Shown here in pieces: positions 18,530-28,346 of a stretch of 64,000 nucleotides of DNA. The notes below the pieces were generated by a model. That model did no database searches, was not told where the DNA came from, and worked only from the letters and a program-made list of their open reading frames with translations. Source of the stretch: Escherichia phage anhysbys. The stretch lies in sequence record NC_052656.1; one strand, written 5' to 3'. Each line of letters starts with the position of its first letter. Within the stretch, counting starts at the first letter, position 1. Both the position numbers and the translations under genes were made by a program.

Positions 18530-18541
18530 AGTTCACACTCC

Positions 18542-19051
18542 TTAAACAAAATAAAATGGTTGAGAGAGGCCCAAACGATTCTTTGGGTCGTATACATACC
18601 AAGCGTATGCTGTTTTATCTGTTCCACCTGCAACAAACGAAGGCCGTTCTGAAAGGACTATAAGGTTTGTTGGTGGATTCTTTTGATGGAACTCTCGTCG
18701 TTTCTTTGACTCCAAGAAGCCCAACCGAAGAAGATAAATACAAACATCCGCCTCTTTTAAGCTCTTTTCCAAGAACTCCATTGCTAACTTAAATGGAGGA
18801 TTTGTGATTATAATGTCGGGACGATTTTCCCATTCATGACTAAAATAATCTTTACCTTCTTCAAGTTCGCAATATTCTGAACCTTCAGGAAAATGGCGAT
18901 AAATCGCTTCAGCTTCACCTCTGCAAGGTTCTGCAAAAACCCAACCTTCTTCCTTTAGATTTTTGAAATCTATAACACTAAACAAACTATTGATTGCTTT
19001 TTGCGGTGTCGGATAATAATCGCTCGTTGGGCGATCATAATCTAATGCCAT
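18542..19051 (-). CDS. putative DNA N6-adenine methyltransferase (NPPF motif)
   Basis: DYYPTP and IIITNPPF motifs typical of small amino-methyltransferases. Confidence 0.5.
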   Translation of the reverse strand: MALDYDRPTSDYYPTPQKAINSLFSVIDFKNLKEEGWVFAEPCRGEAEAIYRHFPEGSEYCELEEGKDYFSHEWENRPDIIITNPPFKLAMEFLEKSLKEADVCIYLLRLGFLESKKRREFHQKNPPTNLIVLSERPSFVAGGTDKTAYAWYVYDPKNRLGLSQPFYFV

Positions 19052-19469
19052 CTAAAATCTCCTCTTTTGTAATATTATCCAACTCTTTAAAGGATGAAAT
19101 CTCGTTTAATAATCCTATTTGATCAGCTTCTAGAGGATAAGTGTTTTTATCTGTTTTTCTAGACAGAATATCTTCAACAAACTTATCAATAGCCAAAGAA
19201 GAATCATAAAATTTTAAAAGTTGGTAATCCATAGGAGATATTTTGTCATCTCTTAGAAATATTTCTAACATGTTTTCAGGAGTATCATGGTTTAGTTTAT
19301 GTTCACCAAAAATATTAACTTCGTAAACATCTTTGCCAAACCAACGTTTCTTCTTTTCAACAGTATAGGTTTTTTCCACCAGACCATCTAAACAGTTTCT
19401 TGCCCTCTTACATGTTTGACGGTAAGAGTGGATAGCGCCTTCAACAAACTTAGCAGGAACTTGTAACAT
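19035..19469 (-). CDS. hypothetical protein
   Basis: 144-aa ORF. Confidence 0.45.
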   Translation of the reverse strand: MLQVPAKFVEGAIHSYRQTCKRARNCLDGLVEKTYTVEKKKRWFGKDVYEVNIFGEHKLNHDTPENMLEIFLRDDKISPMDYQLLKFYDSSLAIDKFVEDILSRKTDKNTYPLEADQIGLLNEISSFKELDNITKEEILDGIRL

Positions 19470-19514
19470 TATTAATCTCCTATGTTTAAGAAATGCCCCC
19501 GAAGGGGCAGTTTG

Positions 19515-20207
19515 TTAAATAGCGGTTCCTTCGAAATCCGCCACATTTACGAGATTAATATTTTCAGATTTAGAAGTCAAGTTGTTTTCTGCAACAGATT
19601 TTTCTTCAGTATCCGCCTCGTTACCTGCCACGTTACGAGGTTCTTCTTCACCGTAGGGATTACCGAATTTCAAAAGATTGATCAATTCTTCTTTGGAGAA
19701 GTTTTCTAAATCATCATCTGTTAATTCAATAATCTCGTCTTGTTCTTCAATAAATGTTTCACCACCAGAAAAAGCATCTCGCTTTTTAGCTACTTCCATA
19801 GCCTGTTCTGGTGTTGCTCCTGCATCAAGAGCAGCTAAAGCAAAGTCTGACCCGCTTCCTACCGCATAATATTCTTCATCAATCGGATATGCACGTGTTG
19901 GGTTGTTACCTTCGTGCAGGAAAATACGTCCGTCTGGATGAACAACAAGTGCAATAAACTCTTCATCTTCTTTATCTGGATCAGAGTGAATCATCAAACC
20001 AGGGACAGCATCACGTGCTGCTTCGCACTGTAGATTTTGTTCAAACCATTGAAAGAAAGAAAGCACGGAGGTCAGACGACCAGCACCACCTACAAGGTAA
20101 TCTCCAATTTTTCGGACCTTTTTGAAATTAATAGAATCTACACGTCCACCAAAAGTTACCTTACCGTCACTCAAAATCTTATTTTTGGTCGCAATAATTG
20201 TCGTCAC
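19515..20207 (-). CDS. HslV / proteasome-beta-like Ntn-hydrolase peptidase
   Basis: N-terminal MTTIIATKNK (Thr nucleophile after Met), KVRKIGDYLVGGAG and AVGSGSDFALAAL align with HslV motifs; acidic C-terminal extension. Confidence 0.65.
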   Translation of the reverse strand: MTTIIATKNKILSDGKVTFGGRVDSINFKKVRKIGDYLVGGAGRLTSVLSFFQWFEQNLQCEAARDAVPGLMIHSDPDKEDEEFIALVVHPDGRIFLHEGNNPTRAYPIDEEYYAVGSGSDFALAALDAGATPEQAMEVAKKRDAFSGGETFIEEQDEIIELTDDDLENFSKEELINLLKFGNPYGEEEPRNVAGNEADTEEKSVAENNLTSKSENINLVNVADFEGTAI

Positions 20208-20710
20208 TATTCTTCCTCCTCTGTTAATGTTTTAAGAACCGCTTTCCCGCCATTCACATATTTGCAGATGTATTCTATCGCACGTAGTGTCTCTTTGTCA
20301 ACAAAAATTTGATCAGACGTTGCGAGCGGGTTATTAAGAAGATCACTGCAATCACGAACAAGCAGTGCTTTCTTATTAAACAAATTACTTAAGAACAGTA
20401 ACTTCGCCTCTTCTTCTGTTATGTGCAGAAGGCTAGGATCGGAGCCAGCTATTCCTATTATACAATCAAACAAGCTTTCTTTACTATCAGAAAGTTCTTG
20501 AAAATGGTTTAAAAGCCAATCTTCTCCTAGACACCAACATTTAAACATTTCCAGTTTATCTCGGAGGGTCATATTCTCTAAAGTAAGAGCAATCTCTTTT
20601 TCAATATGGTTTACACAAATTTGACGAAATTCGTTAGGTTTTACGAGTCCCGTTTGATAGCACTCATCTATACCGCTTCTTCCGATAGCTATTGTTGCTA
20701 CACCCATCAA
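20207..20710 (-). CDS. hypothetical protein
   Basis: 167-aa ORF. Confidence 0.45.
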   Translation of the reverse strand: MMGVATIAIGRSGIDECYQTGLVKPNEFRQICVNHIEKEIALTLENMTLRDKLEMFKCWCLGEDWLLNHFQELSDSKESLFDCIIGIAGSDPSLLHITEEEAKLLFLSNLFNKKALLVRDCSDLLNNPLATSDQIFVDKETLRAIEYICKYVNGGKAVLKTLTEEEE

Positions 20711-20742
20711 TCCTCCTTATAAATGGCTTCCCTGCCACATTA

Positions 20743-21501
20743 TTAAATAAACACTTCAGTAATCAGTTTAGACAAACGTCCACGTTTATTATCGTCCGTT
20801 GTCAGTTCAACATATCCAATAAAATCTACAATTGGCTCACGAACACCTTCTTCATTCTCTGGATATAAAAGTTCCAAAATTTGATGCAGACCATTGCTAC
20901 GTTTTTTAATTGCATATGTCTGGCGAACATCGCCTAATACAATAACATGCGTATTAATACCTGCACGTTCAATAAGAAGTTTAAGTGTTTCTGTTGACAT
21001 AAGTTGTGCTTCGTCAATAATGACGATTGTATTATCCAGGGTAGCCCCCAACAAATAGTTAGGAATATTCAATTCGATCTTACCTGATCCAATATCGTTT
21101 TCCAATTTGTTGGCTGTCATGAATTGCTGGAAAATACGTTTTGTAGATTCATAGTGTGCTGCTAGTTTATCTGTTTTATCCCCAGACAAGAAACCAATCT
21201 GGTCATCTCCGACTTCAGTAGGGTTCTTGATAAAAAGTAGTTTACGGAAGTCTCCTGAACGAAGCATCTGCAAAGCTTTCCATAAAGCAACAGAGGTTTT
21301 ACCAGTCCCTGCCGGAGCATTTACAACAGTCAGATCATTCCAAATCATGCTTTGAACAATCTTATTTTGGTCCCCTTCAGGCATAAATTCATCTAAACGG
21401 TAATCGTCATTACCTACCGCTTTTGCTGCATAACGGCTTTCAATCTTTGCTGAATTAGCCAGTTTCTGCCGTTGTGTTTTAGCTGCGGTTTTATTTCCCA
21501 T
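20743..21501 (-). CDS. phoH: PhoH-like ATPase
   Basis: Walker A NAPAGTGKTSVAL and PhoH-like core; start moved to ATG 21501 after AAGGAG. Confidence 0.8.
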   Translation of the reverse strand: MGNKTAAKTQRQKLANSAKIESRYAAKAVGNDDYRLDEFMPEGDQNKIVQSMIWNDLTVVNAPAGTGKTSVALWKALQMLRSGDFRKLLFIKNPTEVGDDQIGFLSGDKTDKLAAHYESTKRIFQQFMTANKLENDIGSGKIELNIPNYLLGATLDNTIVIIDEAQLMSTETLKLLIERAGINTHVIVLGDVRQTYAIKKRSNGLHQILELLYPENEEGVREPIVDFIGYVELTTDDNKRGRLSKLITEVFI

Positions 21502-21520
21502 AGTAGCACTCCTTTTAGAA

Positions 21521-21540
21521 GGGGCCGAAGCCCCTTTATT
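21521..21540 (-). promoter_or_regulatory. intergenic GGGGC-CGAA-GCCCC stem-loop between lysozyme and phoH
   Basis: Same hairpin as at 9427 and 25813; minus-strand U-tract is weak, so it may be a processing/stability element rather than a terminator. Confidence 0.4.
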
Positions 21541-22039
21541 AGTTGTAAGCATCTAAAGTTCCAGAAGTCAGAACTTTAATTACTCGTTCAGCACGGTTTG
21601 GCGTCTGGCTATACCATCGGCTTTTACGCATGTTTTTACCTGCTTGAGTATAATATGCATTGCTGATTAAAGTCAAGCTATTTTGAAACCCTTCAGCACC
21701 TTTTAACCCCAACTGGAAAACCATGTTGATTATTCCCAATTTACGAGTATCACTAACCTTATCATAGATTGGTGATAAGATAGTACTGTTTTTTATGTCT
21801 CTCTTCACTTTTGCAACATCGTCAGCAAAGATTTGACGGGCTTCTTTTTCTGTGATAACTCCATTAGTCTTACGACCAAGAAGATTATCTAAGATTTGAA
21901 TAGCCTTTGCTTTATCTTTTATTTTAGTCAGAAGGTGTCCTATGCCGACTGTCCAATAACCAAGATGGTCTTGATAAACAGTAAGCTTCAGTCCTTCATC
22001 GACTCGTAGCATATCAAACTCATCTACTACTTTAGCCAT
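21539..22039 (-). CDS. T4-type lysozyme (endolysin, GH24)
   Basis: FDMLRVDEGLKLTVYQDHLGYWTVGIGHLL closely matches the T4 lysozyme N-terminus including the catalytic Glu/Asp/Thr positions. Confidence 0.9.
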   Translation of the reverse strand: MAKVVDEFDMLRVDEGLKLTVYQDHLGYWTVGIGHLLTKIKDKAKAIQILDNLLGRKTNGVITEKEARQIFADDVAKVKRDIKNSTILSPIYDKVSDTRKLGIINMVFQLGLKGAEGFQNSLTLISNAYYTQAGKNMRKSRWYSQTPNRAERVIKVLTSGTLDAYN

Positions 22040-22046
22040 TTACTTC

Positions 22047-22196
22047 CTACTCGTCGTCTCCTACTCCGTGATCCAACTCGTTAAACAACAGATGTTCTGG
22101 AGAAGTTTCACGTTTTGGTTTCGTTTTCTTTATGTTGGACTTCAGCTCATTTGCCAAAGCACGAGAAAAGATCTTACGTTTCTGTTTACTTTTCAT
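22047..22196 (-). CDS. hypothetical small basic protein (49 aa)
   Basis: ATG 22196 after GGAG, between glutaredoxin and lysozyme genes; below ORF-track cutoff. Confidence 0.3.
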   Translation of the reverse strand: MKSKQKRKIFSRALANELKSNIKKTKPKRETSPEHLLFNELDHGVGDDE

Positions 22197-22201
22197 AATT
22201 G

Positions 22202-22462
22202 TTACTCCGCAATTTGAGCCATGAGATCACGCAGTTCGGTAAAACCGCCTACGTATGTTACCTCCCCGTTCACTTCAGACAGAATTTGTGGAAATGTGCG
22301 TGGAGGAACTCCGGTAAGATCAACAACTGTTTTAGTCATTGATTCTAAATCATAGTCTTGATCAAGACTTAAATATTCAAACTGTTTATTGCGCATGGTT
22401 AATAGTTGTTTTGACATTTCGCAAAATTGACAGTTAGGTTTACCAAAAATTACAAATTCCAT
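22202..22462 (-). CDS. glutaredoxin/NrdH-like redoxin
   Basis: N-terminal FGKPNCQFCEMSK (CxxC) thioredoxin-fold signature; sits near nrdAB. Confidence 0.6.
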   Translation of the reverse strand: MEFVIFGKPNCQFCEMSKQLLTMRNKQFEYLSLDQDYDLESMTKTVVDLTGVPPRTFPQILSEVNGEVTYVGGFTELRDLMAQIAE

Positions 22463-23304
22463 TACCTCTCCTTATTAAGTAATACTGCTAAAGACTGTTC
22501 AATACCTTTATTTAAATCTGATTTTGTAAGATAGTGACTGGTTACTAATTGTGACTTCACCGGACGTGCTGCTGGAGCATTATAGGTTGAAGCTGATACC
22601 GCCGATATCTTAACAGGTTCTGGCATCTGTGTCAAGATCTTTTCCGCAAACTCCGCCCAAGAAATAAAATGGCTTCCTGCAAAATGGTAAGTCTTAACAG
22701 ACCTTGACCAACCTGTTTTTAATACTTCAAAAATAGCTTCTGCTAAATCTGGAGCATATGTTGGACAAGAGAACTGATCAGCAACAACAATAAAATCACG
22801 TTGTCCATCATTATAGCGAGACAACATGGTTTTTAGAAAGTTATTTCCAAATTCGCTATATACCGAGGCTGTTCGAATAATATATGCATTTGGGTTAACT
22901 CCTCGCACCATTTTTTCACCGAGTTCTTTCGTATACCCATAATTGTTTATTGGGTTAGGTGTAGTATCTTCAAAAATAGGATGAGAATAATTAAAAATAT
23001 AATCTGTAGAAATATGCACAAAATCAATTTTAAGTTTGCTGCACACTGCCGCAATATTTGCAGGTCCATACGCATTAACAGCCAAAGCAGTAGCAAAATC
23101 ATGTTCTGCTTTATCTACAGCCGTATAAGCAGCGCAGTTAATAACACCGTCTACATAATCTTCAACAATAGCGTTTCGCACAGCTTCAAAATTTGTAATA
23201 TCTACACGTTCTTTAGGATAAATTAAAGATACATTCGAAGGAACCACTTTACGTAAAGCTTGTCCCAGTTGTCCATTACCACCTAATACCAGATATGTTA
23301 GCAT
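22462..23304 (-). CDS. rmlD: dTDP-4-dehydrorhamnose reductase
   Basis: LVLGGNGQLG NAD(P)-binding N-terminus, AAYTAVDKAE, STDYIF, YGYTK, FSCPTYAPDLA characteristic of RmlD. Confidence 0.8.
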   Translation of the reverse strand: MLTYLVLGGNGQLGQALRKVVPSNVSLIYPKERVDITNFEAVRNAIVEDYVDGVINCAAYTAVDKAEHDFATALAVNAYGPANIAAVCSKLKIDFVHISTDYIFNYSHPIFEDTTPNPINNYGYTKELGEKMVRGVNPNAYIIRTASVYSEFGNNFLKTMLSRYNDGQRDFIVVADQFSCPTYAPDLAEAIFEVLKTGWSRSVKTYHFAGSHFISWAEFAEKILTQMPEPVKISAVSASTYNAPAARPVKSQLVTSHYLTKSDLNKGIEQSLAVLLNKER

Positions 23305-23864
23305 ACACCCTCACTACGTAGCTGTTGAAAAGATTTAGCCATTGCATCTTTTGTTGATAAAATAGGTTTAAAATCTTCATCAAAAATCATATCAAAGCCC
23401 CAATCGATCCCTATATCAGGATCATCCCAACGTAAACTTTGTTCACTAGAAGGGTCGTATGGAGTTGTGCATTTGTATTCAAAGATAGCATCCATACTCA
23501 AAACTATAAAACCGTGTGCCAAACCAGGTGGAAGCCAAAACTGCGTATGGTGTCGTGCACGAAGAACAACACCGTCCCAAGCACCGTAAGTTGGACTATC
23601 TTTACGTAAATCTACAGCGAAATCCAATACTTCTCCACTTACACAACGAACAAGCTTACCTTGCGGGTTGTTTGTTTGGAAGTGCATTCCTCGCAAAACA
23701 CCGAAGTTTGATTTAGACATGTTATCTTGAACGAAAGTTTGTCTACCAATAATATCTTCGTATTTTTGTTCATTGTATGTTTCTAAAAAGAAACCACGAT
23801 CATCTTTATAAACGTCTGGTTTGATAATTACCGCACCTTCAATTTTTGTTTTTTCTACTTTCAT
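23298..23864 (-). CDS. rmlC: dTDP-4-dehydrorhamnose 3,5-epimerase
   Basis: DDRGFFLETYN, LRGMHFQ, AWDGVVL, PPGLAHGF characteristic of RmlC cupin. Confidence 0.8.
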   Translation of the reverse strand: MKVEKTKIEGAVIIKPDVYKDDRGFFLETYNEQKYEDIIGRQTFVQDNMSKSNFGVLRGMHFQTNNPQGKLVRCVSGEVLDFAVDLRKDSPTYGAWDGVVLRARHHTQFWLPPGLAHGFIVLSMDAIFEYKCTTPYDPSSEQSLRWDDPDIGIDWGFDMIFDEDFKPILSTKDAMAKSFQQLRSEGVC

Positions 23865-23873
23865 TTTCTCTCC

Positions 23874-24200
23874 TTACCAGACATGTTGAGAAATAATAGT
23901 TTCCGTTTTAATGTTATATTTTTCAAGTAGCTCTGCATAGGCTTCTTTTGCATTCTCATTTAATTGCTCAAGATCTACAGCTACGCTTCCTTCTCCGCCT
24001 TCTAAATAAATACCATATATGCAATAAGACTCATCAGCATCGTAGAAAGGAGAGATGCGACTTAAGTCCAGACCTTCTTGTAAGAACCAGTTAAAATCTC
24101 CGTCAAATTCTTCTTCAATTCTAGGATCTTCTCCTACAGCCTCTTCCCACTTATTAAAAGGTGCACCCTGTAACATACGCCATTCGATATCAATACCCAT
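23874..24200 (-). CDS. hypothetical protein
   Basis: 108-aa ORF. Confidence 0.45.
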   Translation of the reverse strand: MGIDIEWRMLQGAPFNKWEEAVGEDPRIEEEFDGDFNWFLQEGLDLSRISPFYDADESYCIYGIYLEGGEGSVAVDLEQLNENAKEAYAELLEKYNIKTETIISQHVW

Positions 24201-24495
24201 TTTTCATCTCCTCCTCTTCTTGAGCAGCTTTAATAATTGCTTCATAAATATCGTAAGCAATGCCTCCACAACATCTAGCTTCGAAAGCTATTGCTTCTGC
24301 AATGTGGTCTGTTAATTCTCGTGGAATTCGGACATACTCTTTTTCACTCTCCATCTTCTACCTCCGACCCTGCTTTTTCAAATACTACTACTCGTCCTTC
24401 ACCATGACAATTCAGGCAAGGAAATGTTACCATAATTTCCACTTCCATCTGTCCAGTCCCACCACACACAGGACAAAAAATAAGTTTTTCAGCCA

Positions 24496-24705
24496 TTATT
24501 CCTCCTTAATTATTTCAAACTTGGCAACACCATTTACAATAATATGACCACAAGACATAACTCCTAGCCAAGGATCGCCGTTTTTCTTCAGGCGTTTACC
24601 GAATACATCACAAAAACCATTCTTCATTTCGGAGGCTTCATAAGAAGCCCCTTTGTCAAAAACGTCTTTGAATGTGTCGATTATACCAACACATCTCAAA
24701 ATCAT
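24496..24705 (-). CDS. hypothetical protein
   Basis: 69-aa ORF. Confidence 0.4.
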   Translation of the reverse strand: MILRCVGIIDTFKDVFDKGASYEASEMKNGFCDVFGKRLKKNGDPWLGVMSCGHIIVNGVAKFEIIKEE

Positions 24706-25790
24706 TAGAAGTCAAGCTCCTCATCATCAGAGAGATCTTTGTTAGCTGAATTCAATTTGTAATTAGTTAACTGAATCTCTTGGGCTGCTGACTGAATCAA
24801 ATCAGGATTCAACCATTTTTCCATCCAAGCTAAAGGACTATGTTTAGGTGCTTTAAACTTGGCTTTCATTTTCAATCGACGATAAATAGGAGCAGCATTG
24901 AAATAAACCCACTGTTTAGACAATTCGGCGTTAAGACCTACAATAAAACGACCTTCACTAAACAGGTAGTCACACCACTGTTCCTCTTGTTCAACAACAG
25001 TGTCGAGGATCAAAGTCAACTCTTCAATATTGTCTTCGTAAATTTTACGCCAAATTGGGTCATGCATCAATGCATCAATTACAGCATAATCCATCTTAAC
25101 ATGCAAGATTTCATCTAGCATAATTTTCTGGATCAGCTTACAAGCCCCAACAAACAATTGTTGTTCTGCCATAGCAAAAGTAGCAGAGAAGGAAGATATA
25201 AACTGAATACCTTCTAATCCAATCAGGGCTACCATCCCTTTAAGAATCAGCAATCGAAGTTCATCGTTAGCTTCAATCAATCCTAGAGCATACTTATGAC
25301 CAGCTTCTTCCAACTGACCCATGATATCAGCAATGATACCCATACGATTGAAAATTTTATCATTAATCATAATCTGATTGATGACTTCAATTGGATCTGG
25401 AGTACATTGACGGATTATTTCAGAATACGTTAACGCATGGAGAACTTCCATTTCACTCTGCTTCATCATCATAGCACAGGCTTCATTGTTACTCAAGAAT
25501 GGAGAGAACAAAGTGATGATTGATTTTGCAAGAGAATCATTTTCCCATTGGAACGATAAGTTTTTAATCATAACATCATAGTTGTTTTTAGAACAAGCTA
25601 CGAAATCTTTACGTGTCTGATCCAAGTTAACTTCGTTTTCATCCCAATCTTGTGCTTTTTGAAGTTTGTAGAGTTTGTGCATTTCTGGATAAGTTACGTT
25701 AACAGAATCAAAGATCCCTAATTGCTCCCCCAAAAATACTGGATATTTTCCTGTTTTGTAAACTTCGTTGTGTAAATTAATTGCTGCCAT
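24705..25790 (-). CDS. nrdB: ribonucleotide reductase class Ia beta subunit
   Basis: 361-aa ORF with ferritin-like R2 features (EVLHALTYSEIIR etc.) directly downstream of nrdA. Confidence 0.85.
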   Translation of the reverse strand: MAAINLHNEVYKTGKYPVFLGEQLGIFDSVNVTYPEMHKLYKLQKAQDWDENEVNLDQTRKDFVACSKNNYDVMIKNLSFQWENDSLAKSIITLFSPFLSNNEACAMMMKQSEMEVLHALTYSEIIRQCTPDPIEVINQIMINDKIFNRMGIIADIMGQLEEAGHKYALGLIEANDELRLLILKGMVALIGLEGIQFISSFSATFAMAEQQLFVGACKLIQKIMLDEILHVKMDYAVIDALMHDPIWRKIYEDNIEELTLILDTVVEQEEQWCDYLFSEGRFIVGLNAELSKQWVYFNAAPIYRRLKMKAKFKAPKHSPLAWMEKWLNPDLIQSAAQEIQLTNYKLNSANKDLSDDEELDF

Positions 25791-25807
25791 TTAAAATTCT
25801 CCTCAAT

Positions 25808-25828
25808 AAAAAGGGGCCGAAGCCCCTA
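25808..25828 (-). terminator. intrinsic terminator/attenuator between nrdA and nrdB
   Basis: Minus-strand GGGGC-UUCG-GCCCC followed by UUUUUUAUU. Confidence 0.55.
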
Positions 25829-25834
25829 GTTTCA

Positions 25835-28075
25835 TCACATCTTGCAAGCTTCACAACCACCATCAGAATCTTCTTGTGCTAAAGAGTCTGCTGATTTTGT
25901 TCTACTATTAAGGTAATACAACGACTTACCACCCAGTCTAGCAAAATTCAGAATAAACTGCATCTCAGCTTTCACTGATAAACGTCCACCTACCAATTTA
26001 GAATAATCTAGCCAAGAATCACAAGAAATTCCTTGGTCCGTAAACTTGGTAAAGATACCATACATTTCTGCAAGGTCTTTAGCAGGAGTGTCCCAGGCGG
26101 ACTGGTAGAACATTTTCAGTTTTTCGTAGTCTGGAACAATAAATAATACACTACCTTTCTGACTTTGTTTATACATAATAGTATCACGAACAGGATACAG
26201 AGAGTTAGTAGTATTGCTTACCAAACTGCTGGACTCATTAGGTGCGATAGCAGCCAAGACACTGTTACGGATACCACCTTGTTCAATGATTTCAGCACGT
26301 AAGCCTTCCCAATCCATTTTAAGATCAAAATTACCGATACTATCTACTGTTTTAGCATAAGTGTCAATTGGTAGCCAACCTTGAGGCCATTTGGTCTTAT
26401 CGATCCATTCCGCATTACCTTTTTCCTTAGCCAGACGCAGAGAGGCTTTTGCCAACCAAAAGTAATGACGTTCTGCAAGTTCATGCATTAATTTTTTAGC
26501 ATAAGCATCTGAATAATTTACAAAATTACTTGCCAAGTAATGTGCTAAGTTTGTAATACCTACACCAATAGATCTACGTGCTTTAGCAGTTATTTCGTTA
26601 TGTTTAAATGGATAATCCATTGTTTCAATAACGTTGTCAATTGTCAATACAGTGTAGTATGCAACATCCTCATATTCTTCAGGTAAGACACGACCAGCAA
26701 CAATAGAAGATAAGAAGCATAAAGCCAATTCTTGATCTTCTGTATTCTCACCAGTAAAGAGATCCGGCATACTGTGGAAAGCTTTAGTTGGTAAGAAGAT
26801 CTCTTGACACAGGTTTGATTGATACACCGTATCCAGGAAAGGTGTATGGTTGTTAACGTTGTCCGCAAAGAACATGTAAATACGTCCTGTTTCTGCACGT
26901 TGAACAATAATCTCTGTCAGAAGATCACGAGCCTTAACAAATTTTTTCTTAATGCGACGACGGCTTACTTTGTCATAAACTGCATCAAACTCTTCTTCAC
27001 TTTTATACAAAGCTTCATAAAGTTCAGGAGCATCATCACAACTAACTAACATCCAATCTTCGTTTTTTGCTGCTCGACGCAAGAACGAACGGTTAACAAC
27101 AATAGAATAATCCAGTTTGTCTACTCGTTTATCTATAGGTGTTGTTGGATTCTTCAGTCGAATCAGATCGTCGAAGTCTGGTTCAAGTATGGTAAAGGTA
27201 ACTGTAGCACTACCTCCACGGCTTGCTTGCTTCGAAGCTCCAACACTATCTTCCATCCATTTCAGATACGGAAGAAGACCACCATGAATAATACGATTAT
27301 TCTTAACACCTTGACCTGTGGCACGAGTTTGAAGATTAACACCAATACCTGCGTTATTCAACGTATACTCATGAGCTAAGTAATTAGCAATGGCTAAAGA
27401 CTCTGCTGTGTCATCTGCACGGAATAAACAACAAGACGCACTTCCTTTGATTGGAGTTCGTAGAGTTGTCAGATATGGTGATGGCAGATTAATCTTAAGA
27501 TCGCTAACATAAGTATACAGTTTTTTAATATCTTCTATACGGCGTTCTTTTGGTTGGATCTCCATAACCTTCATTGCGATACCAATGAAAAGAAACTGTG
27601 GAGACTCATGCACCACATCGTTTACTGCATCTCGGATAAGATATTTATCCACCATCTGACGTAAAACAGAATAGCCATAAGTTAGATTTTTATTATGCTT
27701 TACAATCTTACCAATTTCTTTGATCTCTTCATCAGTATAATCCATTTTAGCCCAATGTCCACGTTCTACCATATCATGATAAAAGGTATTCAGTGAAGGG
27801 ATACTGTGGTATCCCCCATGAGCCTGTTTGTAAATCATACCCAGAAGAAGTCTTCCTGCCATATCACTGTAAGCTTGTGTTTTCTTGTCAATACACGCTG
27901 CAATCATTGCTTTATGCAGATCACGTGTAGACACACCGTCATAACACCGCTTCACAGCTTCTAATTCAATTTCAGACCAGTTTAGTTTACCTGCTGCAAA
28001 TTCAGACCACTTGCGAAGTTTTTCTGGATTAAACTCCTCTATCTTACCGTTAGATTTAGTTACAAAACGAATCAA
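25835..28075 (-). CDS. nrdA: ribonucleotide reductase class Ia alpha subunit
   Basis: 746 aa; N-terminal ATP-cone-like segment, NLCQEIFLPT active-site region, C-terminal Cys pair (CEACKM). Confidence 0.9.
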   Translation of the reverse strand: MIRFVTKSNGKIEEFNPEKLRKWSEFAAGKLNWSEIELEAVKRCYDGVSTRDLHKAMIAACIDKKTQAYSDMAGRLLLGMIYKQAHGGYHSIPSLNTFYHDMVERGHWAKMDYTDEEIKEIGKIVKHNKNLTYGYSVLRQMVDKYLIRDAVNDVVHESPQFLFIGIAMKVMEIQPKERRIEDIKKLYTYVSDLKINLPSPYLTTLRTPIKGSASCCLFRADDTAESLAIANYLAHEYTLNNAGIGVNLQTRATGQGVKNNRIIHGGLLPYLKWMEDSVGASKQASRGGSATVTFTILEPDFDDLIRLKNPTTPIDKRVDKLDYSIVVNRSFLRRAAKNEDWMLVSCDDAPELYEALYKSEEEFDAVYDKVSRRRIKKKFVKARDLLTEIIVQRAETGRIYMFFADNVNNHTPFLDTVYQSNLCQEIFLPTKAFHSMPDLFTGENTEDQELALCFLSSIVAGRVLPEEYEDVAYYTVLTIDNVIETMDYPFKHNEITAKARRSIGVGITNLAHYLASNFVNYSDAYAKKLMHELAERHYFWLAKASLRLAKEKGNAEWIDKTKWPQGWLPIDTYAKTVDSIGNFDLKMDWEGLRAEIIEQGGIRNSVLAAIAPNESSSLVSNTTNSLYPVRDTIMYKQSQKGSVLFIVPDYEKLKMFYQSAWDTPAKDLAEMYGIFTKFTDQGISCDSWLDYSKLVGGRLSVKAEMQFILNFARLGGKSLYYLNSRTKSADSLAQEDSDGGCEACKM

Positions 28076-28091
28076 CTTCTCCTCCCTATTA

Positions 28092-28346
28092 TTAATGCAT
28101 ATTCAAAACATCTACATCATAACCGAACTTCATTTCATTAAAAAGTCCATTAGCATATAGAAAACCTTCAAAATGAGTTATGTCATCAAACCCTTTTGCT
28201 TTTGCTCGACGGTCTGCTTCTTGTCTTTTAGGAGATAAACGTTTTGAAGTGTCTAGAATTACAGTTACATTACAACCAACAGTTTCATCAAAATAGACTT
28301 CGATTTCACAGCCTTCATATTTATTATCAGTCATTGTCCCTCTCAT
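28092..28346 (-). CDS. hypothetical protein
   Basis: 84-aa ORF. Confidence 0.4.
   Translation of the reverse strand: MRGTMTDNKYEGCEIEVYFDETVGCNVTVILDTSKRLSPKRQEADRRAKAKGFDDITHFEGFLYANGLFNEMKFGYDVDVLNMH

Noticed and set aside
21521-21540. Calling the GGGGCCGAAGCCCC hairpin between lysozyme and phoH a minus-strand terminator
   Set aside because: The required U-tract on the minus strand is weak (UUCUAAAAGG); listed as a stem-loop element instead.
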